Shown here in pieces: positions 36,487 to 44,842 of a stretch of DNA of 44,842 bases. A program made the position numbers and the translations under genes. The notes beneath the pieces were generated by a model that ran no database searches, was not told the origin of the DNA, and saw nothing but the letters and a program-made list of their open reading frames with translations. The DNA is from Anaerolineae bacterium. GTDB taxonomy: Bacteria; Chloroflexota; Anaerolineae; Anaerolineales; UBA4823. The stretch is from assembly GCA_041481345.1 (NCBI GenBank), contig JBGPBQ010000003.1:1-44842 (forward strand). The letters run 5' to 3'. Within the stretch, counting starts at the first letter, position 1. Every line of letters starts with the position of its first letter.

Positions 36487-37620
36487 TCATTTGCGATGGA
36501 AGATGATGATCGAGGTGATCAGGATGAGTAAGGCGAGCCCACCCAGGGCGACGACTCGCGATTGAGGAATCACCTCGGGGTATATCTGAACTGGGATGCT
36601 GGAGTCAAACTCGATAATCTGCGGAGCAGAAGCGGCTTGGATCTGAGATAAGGTATCCAGGTACTGGGTGCCGAATTTTTGGGATGGCTCAATGTAGGAA
36701 TTTTCGCTGAACTCATTCCAGCTGATGATTCCCAGGGCATCTGGCGAGGAAGCCATGGCAGTGTTGATCTCAGTGCGGAAGGTCTCACCATTATTGCGGT
36801 CGACAATGCTGGTGCCGCCGATCAAGCGTGCGTCAAAACCTGGGGCAGCCGGGGCAATCCACAGCTGGTTATTATCATGCACCGCCTGGCTCATTTGGAT
36901 AAGCTTTTCTGCGTATCCAGGATATGTGGCGGGGTTGACTGAAGACCAGTAATAAGCGTTGCCATCCACCATGGTTGCCAGGCGCGTGTATCCGGCAAGA
37001 TCGCGCTCTGAGGCAAGCAAAAGAAGCTTATCCCGCCTGATCTTCGTCACCTTGTCTATGTCCTGCGTGCTGAATTTCCACGTCCCTGACCAGATTACCA
37101 ACGGTTTGGAGAACAGCTGAAAGACGGGCAGACTGGCATAGCGCTGAATGAAGACATCCAGGTCACTGGCAACCTGGTCCACCGGGAGCGGGTCCCGGCT
37201 AAAATCCAATCCCTGGTAGATGATCGCCAGCTTGAAATCCTCCTGCTGGGCGACCTGAGCTAACTGGTCCAGACGACGGTTGAGCACATCGGTGCTCTTC
37301 CAGCTAACGATAAATCCATCAATCCCGGCAGCCTTGGCCTCCCGGATGTGCTTACGCATCACTGACATGTCATCACTGGTATAGGTCCCCAGAAGAGGTA
37401 TATCGGTCTTGGCGCGGCCCCAGGAATTGGAATCATACCAAATGTAATAATACGCCAGGACTGGGACGGGATTTTTAGCTTGAGCTGACGGAACTTGTGC
37501 CTGAGCTATACTGGGGGCTAGGATAGTTTGAGCACTAACGGTTATCGACGAAGTAAGCAGCCATGGTAGTACAAGAAGGGACAATACCCAAACAGGTAGA
37601 TGTCGTTGGCTGGAGTTCAT
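36487..37620 (-). CDS. Membrane-anchored glycoside hydrolase, GH99/GH71-like
   Basis: Signal peptide, AYYYIWY, AGIDGF.VSW, PGFDA, ISWNEFSE.SYIEP, C-terminal TM; ATG 37620 overlaps the upstream stop (ATGA). Confidence 0.8.
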   Translation of the reverse strand: MNSSQRHLPVWVLSLLVLPWLLTSSITVSAQTILAPSIAQAQVPSAQAKNPVPVLAYYYIWYDSNSWGRAKTDIPLLGTYTSDDMSVMRKHIREAKAAGIDGFIVSWKSTDVLNRRLDQLAQVAQQEDFKLAIIYQGLDFSRDPLPVDQVASDLDVFIQRYASLPVFQLFSKPLVIWSGTWKFSTQDIDKVTKIRRDKLLLLASERDLAGYTRLATMVDGNAYYWSSVNPATYPGYAEKLIQMSQAVHDNNQLWIAPAAPGFDARLIGGTSIVDRNNGETFRTEINTAMASSPDALGIISWNEFSENSYIEPSQKFGTQYLDTLSQIQAASAPQIIEFDSSIPVQIYPEVIPQSRVVALGGLALLILITSIIIFHRK

Positions 37621-39089
37621 GAACCAAAATCCTTTCCCATTTGGCGGGAAGAGTAGCGCTTCCTGCGAAAGACGTACTCCAGCAGCCAAGGGCGACCATA
37701 GAAAATCAGCCCCAACGCAACACCTATTGCTAAAATACCAACCACTGCCATGTCCATCCTGGTAACGACGTTTAGATTAACCACCTGGTTACGAGATAGC
37801 GCCACCGGCGTACTCGTGCCCATCCCATTGCTGCCGATCAGGTTGACATGGTAAATACCGCGCGCCAGGGCGTGGATATCCATCTTGCCGGATTGATCGA
37901 GCGGGTAGTATATACTCTGCCCATTGGGAAAAACAACCTCGATCGACTTTCCTGTGGGTGAAGCAAACAGGGCATCCCGGGTAGTAATGTGCATCGCGAA
38001 GAGGAGCAAAGAGATAGACCAGGTGTCATCTGGTTTGGCATAAAAGCGCTGTTGGGCTGAATTTACCACGTTCGATCCATCAATGGTGACGCTGTTCACC
38101 GAATACAGCAGGTTGGTCTCCTCCAGTCCATTCTGGCGACGTGCGGTCCGGCTGGCAGGCAGCCAGGGGGTATCTCCAGGCTTGATGGTGAATACATCTC
38201 CCTGGATGCTCCGGATCGATATCTCGGTAATGCGGGAAGGGTCAACCGGGAAACCCTCCAGGTCGATAAACTTCAGGCTGACTTTATGATATAAGTTCAG
38301 ACCCACCTGGATAACGCTGTTATTGGGGACCACAATATTCCGGAATGGTTGATAGGATTCTTCGGTCCAGCGTCCAAATTTAACCTGCTGCGATGGGTTG
38401 TTATATTGATCGATCAAGACATCCAGGCGATACTCCCCCGCCTTATTAATATTGATGCTTGCCATGCCATCCTGCCCGGAAATAAACTTCTGTCCATCCA
38501 ATTGGAAAGTGATGCCGGCGACTGCAGGCACAGTAGCGACTTTGACTGTAGCCGGAAGGATCTCAAAGGAGATGGCGGAAGAAGCTGGCGCAAGCAGATG
38601 AGCGCCTTTGAAGGCAGCAATCACCTTATAATTACCTGCCGGCAAGTTTTTATTGATCTGGATTTTATAGGTCCCACTGGCGCTGGTACGAGCCTGACCC
38701 AGCACTACCCCAAAGGAGGAAAAATTGATCATTTTATCTGGAATCCCCTGCTGGGTAGATAAATCGGTGAGGACCCCAGATAGATTGATCGGATCGTTGA
38801 GCTGAATTTGATTGGTACCAACCAGGTTAATGGCTACCTCATGCGGACTTATTGTACCCAATAGGCCAGCCGCAGGTGCAATGATTCGAGCGGACGGCTG
38901 GACAATAAAATTATCCACGCTGAGAGAAGGGTAGTCATTACCACTCAAGCTTAACCTGTGTGAAATAACACTTGGTGAAAAGCTACCCACACTCAGCGCG
39001 CTGGCATACACCGGATTAACTAAAACCCTCTGCATGCCAAGCATGAATAGGATGGATAAGATTATCGCTGCAAACAACCGCTTCATCAT
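37617..39089 (-). CDS. Secreted Ig-like/beta-sandwich protein with C-terminal TM anchor
   Basis: Signal peptide, G.Y.V.A.F.G Ig-like strands, TM + RRKR tail. Confidence 0.75.
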   Translation of the reverse strand: MMKRLFAAIILSILFMLGMQRVLVNPVYASALSVGSFSPSVISHRLSLSGNDYPSLSVDNFIVQPSARIIAPAAGLLGTISPHEVAINLVGTNQIQLNDPINLSGVLTDLSTQQGIPDKMINFSSFGVVLGQARTSASGTYKIQINKNLPAGNYKVIAAFKGAHLLAPASSAISFEILPATVKVATVPAVAGITFQLDGQKFISGQDGMASININKAGEYRLDVLIDQYNNPSQQVKFGRWTEESYQPFRNIVVPNNSVIQVGLNLYHKVSLKFIDLEGFPVDPSRITEISIRSIQGDVFTIKPGDTPWLPASRTARRQNGLEETNLLYSVNSVTIDGSNVVNSAQQRFYAKPDDTWSISLLLFAMHITTRDALFASPTGKSIEVVFPNGQSIYYPLDQSGKMDIHALARGIYHVNLIGSNGMGTSTPVALSRNQVVNLNVVTRMDMAVVGILAIGVALGLIFYGRPWLLEYVFRRKRYSSRQMGKDFGS

Positions 39090-40447
39090 TTTTCTTCCTT
39101 TTTGGAGTCACGCGCTTTTGAACGGCGAGGGCGGAAATTAGCCAGACTGAAGAACGATACAGCCAGGAATAATGCTCCTCCATACCCGAGGTAGATCACG
39201 GTGGTTGGGTTCTTTTTAGGCGGGATTACGGTAATACGGGCTAACGGGAGGAAGTTAGGTAAGCGCGGTGATTGGTTAAAATCGAAAGCTGATATGAAAT
39301 TGTTCGCTTTGGTATCCCGGCCTGCCAAAGGTGCTATGTTCCAGTTATGCTCGATGAACTTAAGGATCGAGGTAAAATCCAGCATGGTGTGATCGGTGTA
39401 GCCACTTTTTGCATACGGGCTGACCAGGATTGCCGGGACACGCGGCCCATAACCAAACTGGTCAACCTGGATGGGCTTGACGTGGTCGTACCAGCCGCCC
39501 CAATCGTCATAAGAAAGAAGAAACGCTGAGTTATCCCATGAAGTTGAGCGCATCAGCTCCTGGATGATAGATTTTACGAAGCGTTGTCCACTCATCAGGT
39601 TGCTTGGTGGATGCTCGCTGGCGCCTGATGGGACGATATACGACACCGCAGGCAGCGTCCCATTATTCAAATCGATGAAATACTGACTGAGATCGACAAT
39701 ATGGCTGGATAAGGTTGGGTCATCAATAAAACGGTCGAAGTTGAGCAGCGGTACCCAGATGACCTGTGAAGCCTTGTTGCCGCTGCTAGACTCGTCACGG
39801 TAGGTGATCGTTGGGTCGTAGTTTTGCACGTAGAATTTCCACGAGACGCCCGCGGCCTGGAGGCTGTCGAAAATTGTGGGAACATTCGCAAGCACATCGG
39901 ATAGTTTTTGACCTTTGGCAGCTATCGGTGGGATAGCAGCCACCCAATACATGTGGTTTGCAAAGCTGCCATCCTGGGCAGAGCTAAAGAACTGGTCGAA
40001 GAGCACATAGTTATCAGCCAGGTTCCAGTAGTAGGGGATATCCGTACCATCATAATAGCCCATAGACAGCTTACCATCCTGGTTGCGGGCATTCAATGCC
40101 GAGACGAAACCATCCATCTTGCCATTGTCATATTGATCGTGAAAGGTTGGCGAGTTATGGCTTAGGTCGGTGATCGTGGAATTGCCAATGTGCCAGGGTG
40201 TGACATAGCCAGCAGAGGGATTGTTAGGATCAACCGGCATTTTCGTGCCAGCCGGCAGACCATCTGCCCCCGGGTAAGTACCAAAATAGTTATCAAAGGT
40301 GTGGTTCTCCTGCAATAGAACTACCAGGTGCTGGATGGGTGTTATAGGTTGATGACCCTGCTGGGAAGGTGCTGCCTGTACTGGAAGGAATTGGGCACCG
40401 GCGATAACCATGACAGAGAAAATAGCTAAAAAAGTACGTTTCACCAT
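39086..40447 (-). CDS. Phosphoesterase (phospholipase C / AcpA family), membrane anchored
   Basis: HLVVLLQENHTFDNYFG, SEHPP, YDDWGGWYDHV, GPRVP, DFTSILKFIE; C-terminal TM. Confidence 0.92.
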   Translation of the reverse strand: MVKRTFLAIFSVMVIAGAQFLPVQAAPSQQGHQPITPIQHLVVLLQENHTFDNYFGTYPGADGLPAGTKMPVDPNNPSAGYVTPWHIGNSTITDLSHNSPTFHDQYDNGKMDGFVSALNARNQDGKLSMGYYDGTDIPYYWNLADNYVLFDQFFSSAQDGSFANHMYWVAAIPPIAAKGQKLSDVLANVPTIFDSLQAAGVSWKFYVQNYDPTITYRDESSSGNKASQVIWVPLLNFDRFIDDPTLSSHIVDLSQYFIDLNNGTLPAVSYIVPSGASEHPPSNLMSGQRFVKSIIQELMRSTSWDNSAFLLSYDDWGGWYDHVKPIQVDQFGYGPRVPAILVSPYAKSGYTDHTMLDFTSILKFIEHNWNIAPLAGRDTKANNFISAFDFNQSPRLPNFLPLARITVIPPKKNPTTVIYLGYGGALFLAVSFFSLANFRPRRSKARDSKKEEK

Positions 40448-42039
40448 GGGTATACCTCATAAATGATGATGACAGGTTTAACTATGGAATTACCATCTTT
40501 ATCTTTGACGGGGATGGTCTCCGTATATACCGCCCTACCGTTATATTTATTGACATACCCCATCAGCTTATCTGCAAAAAACGGCGATCGGGCGGCCGAG
40601 AACGAATCCCACACCAGGTACTGCATCTCTGAGTTGCGGATCTGCAGGTCGGGGTTAGTGATGGGGTCATATGAAGGGTTACGGTGCAGTGGATTCGCAC
40701 TGACGGCCAAACCATAAGCGGGATGCGCCCCGTAAAACTCGATGATGTTCGCCATGGATGGGCCGATGGTCATGAAGCGGGCTTTGAGTGGGACGTGTGC
40801 CTGGATCCAGACGCCAACCTCTCTTCCACCCGGCACACCACCGGTACCTGCCAGAAAGGTGGCCGAGGTTTCAGGTTGGATTTGTTGCCAGGAAGTGAAG
40901 CTTAATGAAAAGACCACCACGCCGGTCATCAGCCAGTAAACTGCCGGATGGTTGAACAAGGTTTTTATCGGTGATACAAAGCGTTTCCCTTTTGCCAATT
41001 GAATCCACCTGCCTAAAGTCCGGCCGGCTAACAATGCCAGCGGTGGAGCGATCGGCAGGAGATATTGGTACCCCTTAACCGGCCAAATTTCAAAGAAAGC
41101 CAGCGGCACGATAATCCACGCCAGCAAAAGTTTTTCACGCCAGGTGAATTCACGCCTGAGAAAATAAAGACCTGCTAAGGCGGCGATGATCACCAGCACA
41201 CCCACAGCTGGGGGAACCACTGTGAAATAAAACGACCATGGGTGGTTCGCCCGGCGGAAGAGCTGCCAGATAAGATAATTCCGACCGGTAGTGGAACTTC
41301 CAGCCAGGATCAGGGAGATGGGAAAAGGTACTACGACCAGGATCATCACGACAACTGACAAGATCACATCTCGCAGGCGCGTGTGAATCTCTGAGGCGAG
41401 CGCCAGGAACACAAAAATGCTGCCCAACATAACGATGCTGGTTTCCTTGGATAAAAAGGTCAGGCCCATGCTCCCACCGGCTGCATACAGCCACACTGCC
41501 CGATGGGTTTTACCAAACCTGGCCAGCATGTAGAGCGTCAGCGTAGCGAAGAACGCCATTGGGCCATCCAGGAGCACTTGACGTGAAACGATGACATGGT
41601 ACGGCATCAATGCCATGAACATGGCTGCCAGGGCTCCAGGCAGTCTTCCATAAAGGGTTTTCCCAAGTGCGTATGTGACGAGGACGGTCGCCAAACCGAA
41701 ACCCACAGCCAACAGTCGTCCTGCCAGATCGCTGAAATAAACCCGGTCAACGATGGAGAGCAGAAATTGGAATAATAGGGGGTGGGCACGGAAGATCGAA
41801 AATATGTCTTTTAACCCGGCAATACGGGCAATGGCGGCTGCCTGACCAGCATAGACGGCTTCATCTGTGTTGTATCCCATGGCATTGATCTGCCAGATGC
41901 GTAAAAAAACCCCAGCTCCCACGGCCAGCACCAAGATAACCCGGCTGATCACAAATTCATTTATTATGGGCAAGGTGCGAGGCTTCGCAGCTTCGCGTTC
42001 ATAAATCCTCTCACTCACATTCATAATGTTATTTTCCAT
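40441..42039 (-). CDS. GT-C fold glycosyltransferase (PMT/ArnT family)
   Basis: DEAVY loop, HPLL, SR..LLD, many TM helices. Confidence 0.88.
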   Translation of the reverse strand: MENNIMNVSERIYEREAAKPRTLPIINEFVISRVILVLAVGAGVFLRIWQINAMGYNTDEAVYAGQAAAIARIAGLKDIFSIFRAHPLLFQFLLSIVDRVYFSDLAGRLLAVGFGLATVLVTYALGKTLYGRLPGALAAMFMALMPYHVIVSRQVLLDGPMAFFATLTLYMLARFGKTHRAVWLYAAGGSMGLTFLSKETSIVMLGSIFVFLALASEIHTRLRDVILSVVVMILVVVPFPISLILAGSSTTGRNYLIWQLFRRANHPWSFYFTVVPPAVGVLVIIAALAGLYFLRREFTWREKLLLAWIIVPLAFFEIWPVKGYQYLLPIAPPLALLAGRTLGRWIQLAKGKRFVSPIKTLFNHPAVYWLMTGVVVFSLSFTSWQQIQPETSATFLAGTGGVPGGREVGVWIQAHVPLKARFMTIGPSMANIIEFYGAHPAYGLAVSANPLHRNPSYDPITNPDLQIRNSEMQYLVWDSFSAARSPFFADKLMGYVNKYNGRAVYTETIPVKDKDGNSIVKPVIIIYEVYPW

Positions 42040-42111
42040 AATCGCAAGCCTTTTTCGTTCTCACACCATAAAATATTTGACAAACAGTATAGTTTAAAAA
42101 TACTTTCTCCA

Positions 42112-42150
42112 TCTCCTTCAGACAGTTACGAATAACCTGTCTGAAGGAGA
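42112..42150. other. Strong intercistronic hairpin
   Basis: TCTCCTTCAGACAG / CTGTCTGAAGGAGA, perfect 14-bp stem. Confidence 0.75.
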
Positions 42151-42189
42151 ATGGGATGAGCTGTGCTGGTTAGGGTGGCCCCTGGCAGA

Positions 42190-44493
42190 TCAATCACCGG
42201 ATAAAGGACGTAAGGATATACTCTGAGGTGATCTCTCTGCTTGATTGGTCGGGCACGCACAGTCATTGGCGATTTGTTCATCAATAAAGGTCGGTATCAG
42301 GCACCACCAATCCAAGTTTTTCGACCGGATCATGGTAGCTGGAAGCCCCCCAAATGCCTCTCGAATAATACTCTGTTCGAGCTTGCGTAAATCAACCCCG
42401 TTGTGGTTATACAAGAACTCCTTCAAGTCATTGTACGGTGGGAAGCCGTAGGCATCCTCACAGTTACTCAACAAAATCTCCAATGCTTCATCATTTTTCA
42501 CCGCGACTGTCCCTTCGCCGTTACGCTCGATGATGAACATACCCATAAAACCTGCCGTTTTGGAGAGCTTGACTTCAGGGAGGAGCTTGCTCACAAAGTA
42601 TTTAGGCGGTGGAACCAGCATCTGCAACATCATGTTGATAGTGGCAGCTGGGAGAAGAGTCTTGTTGATTAATGTTGCTACTTTGCGACCTGTGCGGGAA
42701 TGGATGCGACTCTGGATCGGCAGGGCAAGCTTTTCCCTAAAGGTCAACGTGTCTACATTGATCGCCGATAAGGTGTGAGCGCTAATGGTCAAAGGCTTGG
42801 GATAGGTCATGGCGATCCCATTAGGTGAAACGATGGTCATGTCATCGGATAAAAAGGCTGCACGATCGCTGTTGCGGCGTTGGTGGCTCAAGATTTTTAG
42901 CAAGGTGGTCGTTTTACCGGTGTCGGTGCGCGCCGTGATAATGAAAGCCTCTGTACCAAATGCAATCGTAGCTCCATGAACCAGAGCGTATCCTTTTGTA
43001 ACAAATGTCCAGCGTAAGATTGGCTCGACCACGTTGGTATACAAGACATGGGGTGATAAGCGTAGTAGAGGCGAGGCAACTACATTCACCTGCTCACCCA
43101 TCCAGATACCGACTTCGAAACCAACATGCCCGAAGATTTCTCGGAAGCGGAGATAGTTGGGATCCTTCGCTCCGTTCGATTTCGGCGAGGGCGGGATGCC
43201 TATTTTGACGCGGATTGTCGGTTGGTCAATTTCCTGTTGTACACGGAACGGTTCCAACTCAGGCAGCTCCCCTTCTGAGACCACTGTTACTAGGTCATGG
43301 ATACTGTAAGAATATACTCTCCTGGCGGTAGATGCGGCGGTCATTTGTCCCCAGATCATGTTGTCAGCGGTCAAGAACCGCAGACCAGTCAGCAGGACCA
43401 ATGAAATCAGGTTTGAGACGACATAGTGGACATTGAACAATGAGGTCAAGACAATAATGATTGGACTGCGTAATGCCAATGCTGCCAGGTTCATGACGGA
43501 AAATAAGGCGAACCGGCGTAAACGACCATCGGGATGATGGGCAGCGCGATAAACCCAAAACTCTGTCAGACCGAAATTCCAGACAGTTGAAGCGACTGTA
43601 GCGATGACAACTGAGACCAGATAGTAAATATTCAGCCTGGCTGTCACCAGGTACAAGACGAGGGAATTGATGAATATCCCACTCGCACCGACCAGGACAA
43701 AACCCGCCAGGCGAAGCGAGCCGCTACCGAATTTCAATGTCCATAACGACTTGAGATAGTTGTATGCTTCGACTGTGGAGGCTTTACTCTTACCAGACAG
43801 ACGCTCTCCGAAGTGGAAAGGAACCTCTGCTTTGTGCAACTTTGGATTACGTACTAGGATCTCTAGTAGGATTTTGAACCCATTGGGTTGGAGTGTGGAC
43901 AGGTCTAAAGCTTTGATCCGCACCAGGAAAAAACCAGACAGTGGGTCACTCACACCATGCAAGCGGCGCGGAAAAAAAGCACGCGCTACCAGGTCTAGAC
44001 CGCGGCTGATGAGGTTGCGAGCTGCATTTAGACCAGTTACCTGGCTGTTTTCAACACGGCGGGTAGCAGCGACCAAATCTACGTTCTTTTCCAAAGCGGT
44101 TCGCAACAGGGCGGGAAGGAGTTCAGGTGGATGTTGGAGATCTCCATCCATGACGCAGGCATATTCTGAACGTGCATTCTTAAGGCCGAGGAAAACGGCA
44201 CCTCCCAAGCCACCAATGCGCTTTTCAGCAGTCCGGTGAAACAGCCGAATAATCAGGTTGGGGAAAAGCGGGATGGCAGCCTCAATCATTTGCGGAGTTT
44301 CGTCCGTTGAATCATCTACGAAGAGCACCTCGGCATGAATACCGCTGAGCGCCTGATTAATCCTGGTTAATAGTGGATTGATATTTCCGACCTCATTACG
44401 CGTCGGGATTATGATTGAAAGATCTAAAACTTTTGAAGAGAGGCTGGTTGATAGTTCAAGTTCAGCCCCTGTGAGAGAAGCTTTGGGTAGCAT
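42190..44493 (-). CDS. Fusion: polyprenol-phosphate mannose synthase-like GT2 + GtrA flippase + HprK-like P-loop kinase
   Basis: IIPTRNE, VDDS.D, MDGDLQHPPE, DPLSGFF, GFKILLE; 4-TM GtrA; VHGA...RTDTGKTT and LSDD; RBS AGGAGG. Confidence 0.88.
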   Translation of the reverse strand: MLPKASLTGAELELSTSLSSKVLDLSIIIPTRNEVGNINPLLTRINQALSGIHAEVLFVDDSTDETPQMIEAAIPLFPNLIIRLFHRTAEKRIGGLGGAVFLGLKNARSEYACVMDGDLQHPPELLPALLRTALEKNVDLVAATRRVENSQVTGLNAARNLISRGLDLVARAFFPRRLHGVSDPLSGFFLVRIKALDLSTLQPNGFKILLEILVRNPKLHKAEVPFHFGERLSGKSKASTVEAYNYLKSLWTLKFGSGSLRLAGFVLVGASGIFINSLVLYLVTARLNIYYLVSVVIATVASTVWNFGLTEFWVYRAAHHPDGRLRRFALFSVMNLAALALRSPIIIVLTSLFNVHYVVSNLISLVLLTGLRFLTADNMIWGQMTAASTARRVYSYSIHDLVTVVSEGELPELEPFRVQQEIDQPTIRVKIGIPPSPKSNGAKDPNYLRFREIFGHVGFEVGIWMGEQVNVVASPLLRLSPHVLYTNVVEPILRWTFVTKGYALVHGATIAFGTEAFIITARTDTGKTTTLLKILSHQRRNSDRAAFLSDDMTIVSPNGIAMTYPKPLTISAHTLSAINVDTLTFREKLALPIQSRIHSRTGRKVATLINKTLLPAATINMMLQMLVPPPKYFVSKLLPEVKLSKTAGFMGMFIIERNGEGTVAVKNDEALEILLSNCEDAYGFPPYNDLKEFLYNHNGVDLRKLEQSIIREAFGGLPATMIRSKNLDWWCLIPTFIDEQIANDCACPTNQAERSPQSISLRPLSGD

Positions 44494-44842
44494 GTTTCCT
44501 CCTGTAGGTAGCTAATCCATATTTTCTCGGCACCATGCAATGTTTAACCACATAACTGACGGTTTAAAGTCGATGTGAGGATAATTAGTTAATTAATTGG
44601 TGCCCTTCCTGGGTAGACCTAAGCTGAATACATTACCCCACTAACTATCCGATTCCATGTCATTGTTGTTATTATCATACTCCCCTCGAGCAACAATGTG
44701 GACAATTATAATGATATTTATCTAAAAAGCAAGCTCAAAATAATTAATGTTTTTTAAGCAACTCTGCAATAATTTCTGAAAATGCCTAATTTATTTGACG
44801 CCTGGTGGTCTGGCTGAGAGCACGACAATCAAGTCCTTCACC

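Overview
Bacterial chromosomal window, probably from Chloroflexota/Anaerolineae (inferred from protein families and C-terminal xLPxxxK tails). It has about 36 protein-coding genes and no rRNA, tRNA or CRISPR array. Left to right: rplT, macrodomain and TrmH genes; a TetR-controlled YbhG/F/S-like ABC exporter; a DUF2089/DUF4097 operon whose five main proteins all carry the same SHOCT-like helical hairpin; an MFS transporter; a gingipain-like C25 protease; a frameshifted chrB-like gene; an ABC exporter; a GH4/SIS sugar pair; an accessory stretch rich in REP-like palindromes; lipid kinase and acyltransferase genes; ygiD, an SMR transporter and iorAB; and a five-gene surface-glycan cluster headed by a GT2-GtrA-HprK-like kinase fusion. 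Best leads: (1) the SHOCT-like module operon with phased upstream repeats; (2) an IS1595 that appears to have re-transposed using a cryptic left end, carrying a lipoprotein nucleoside hydrolase inside a perfect 8-bp target duplication; (3) the kinase-fused glycosylation cluster; (4) a C-terminal xLPxxxK tag shared by unrelated secreted proteins; (5) a 24-bp palindromic tandem array; (6) a structured leader before a 32-aa CxxC ORF. All family assignments come from motif recognition by eye; no database searches were run.
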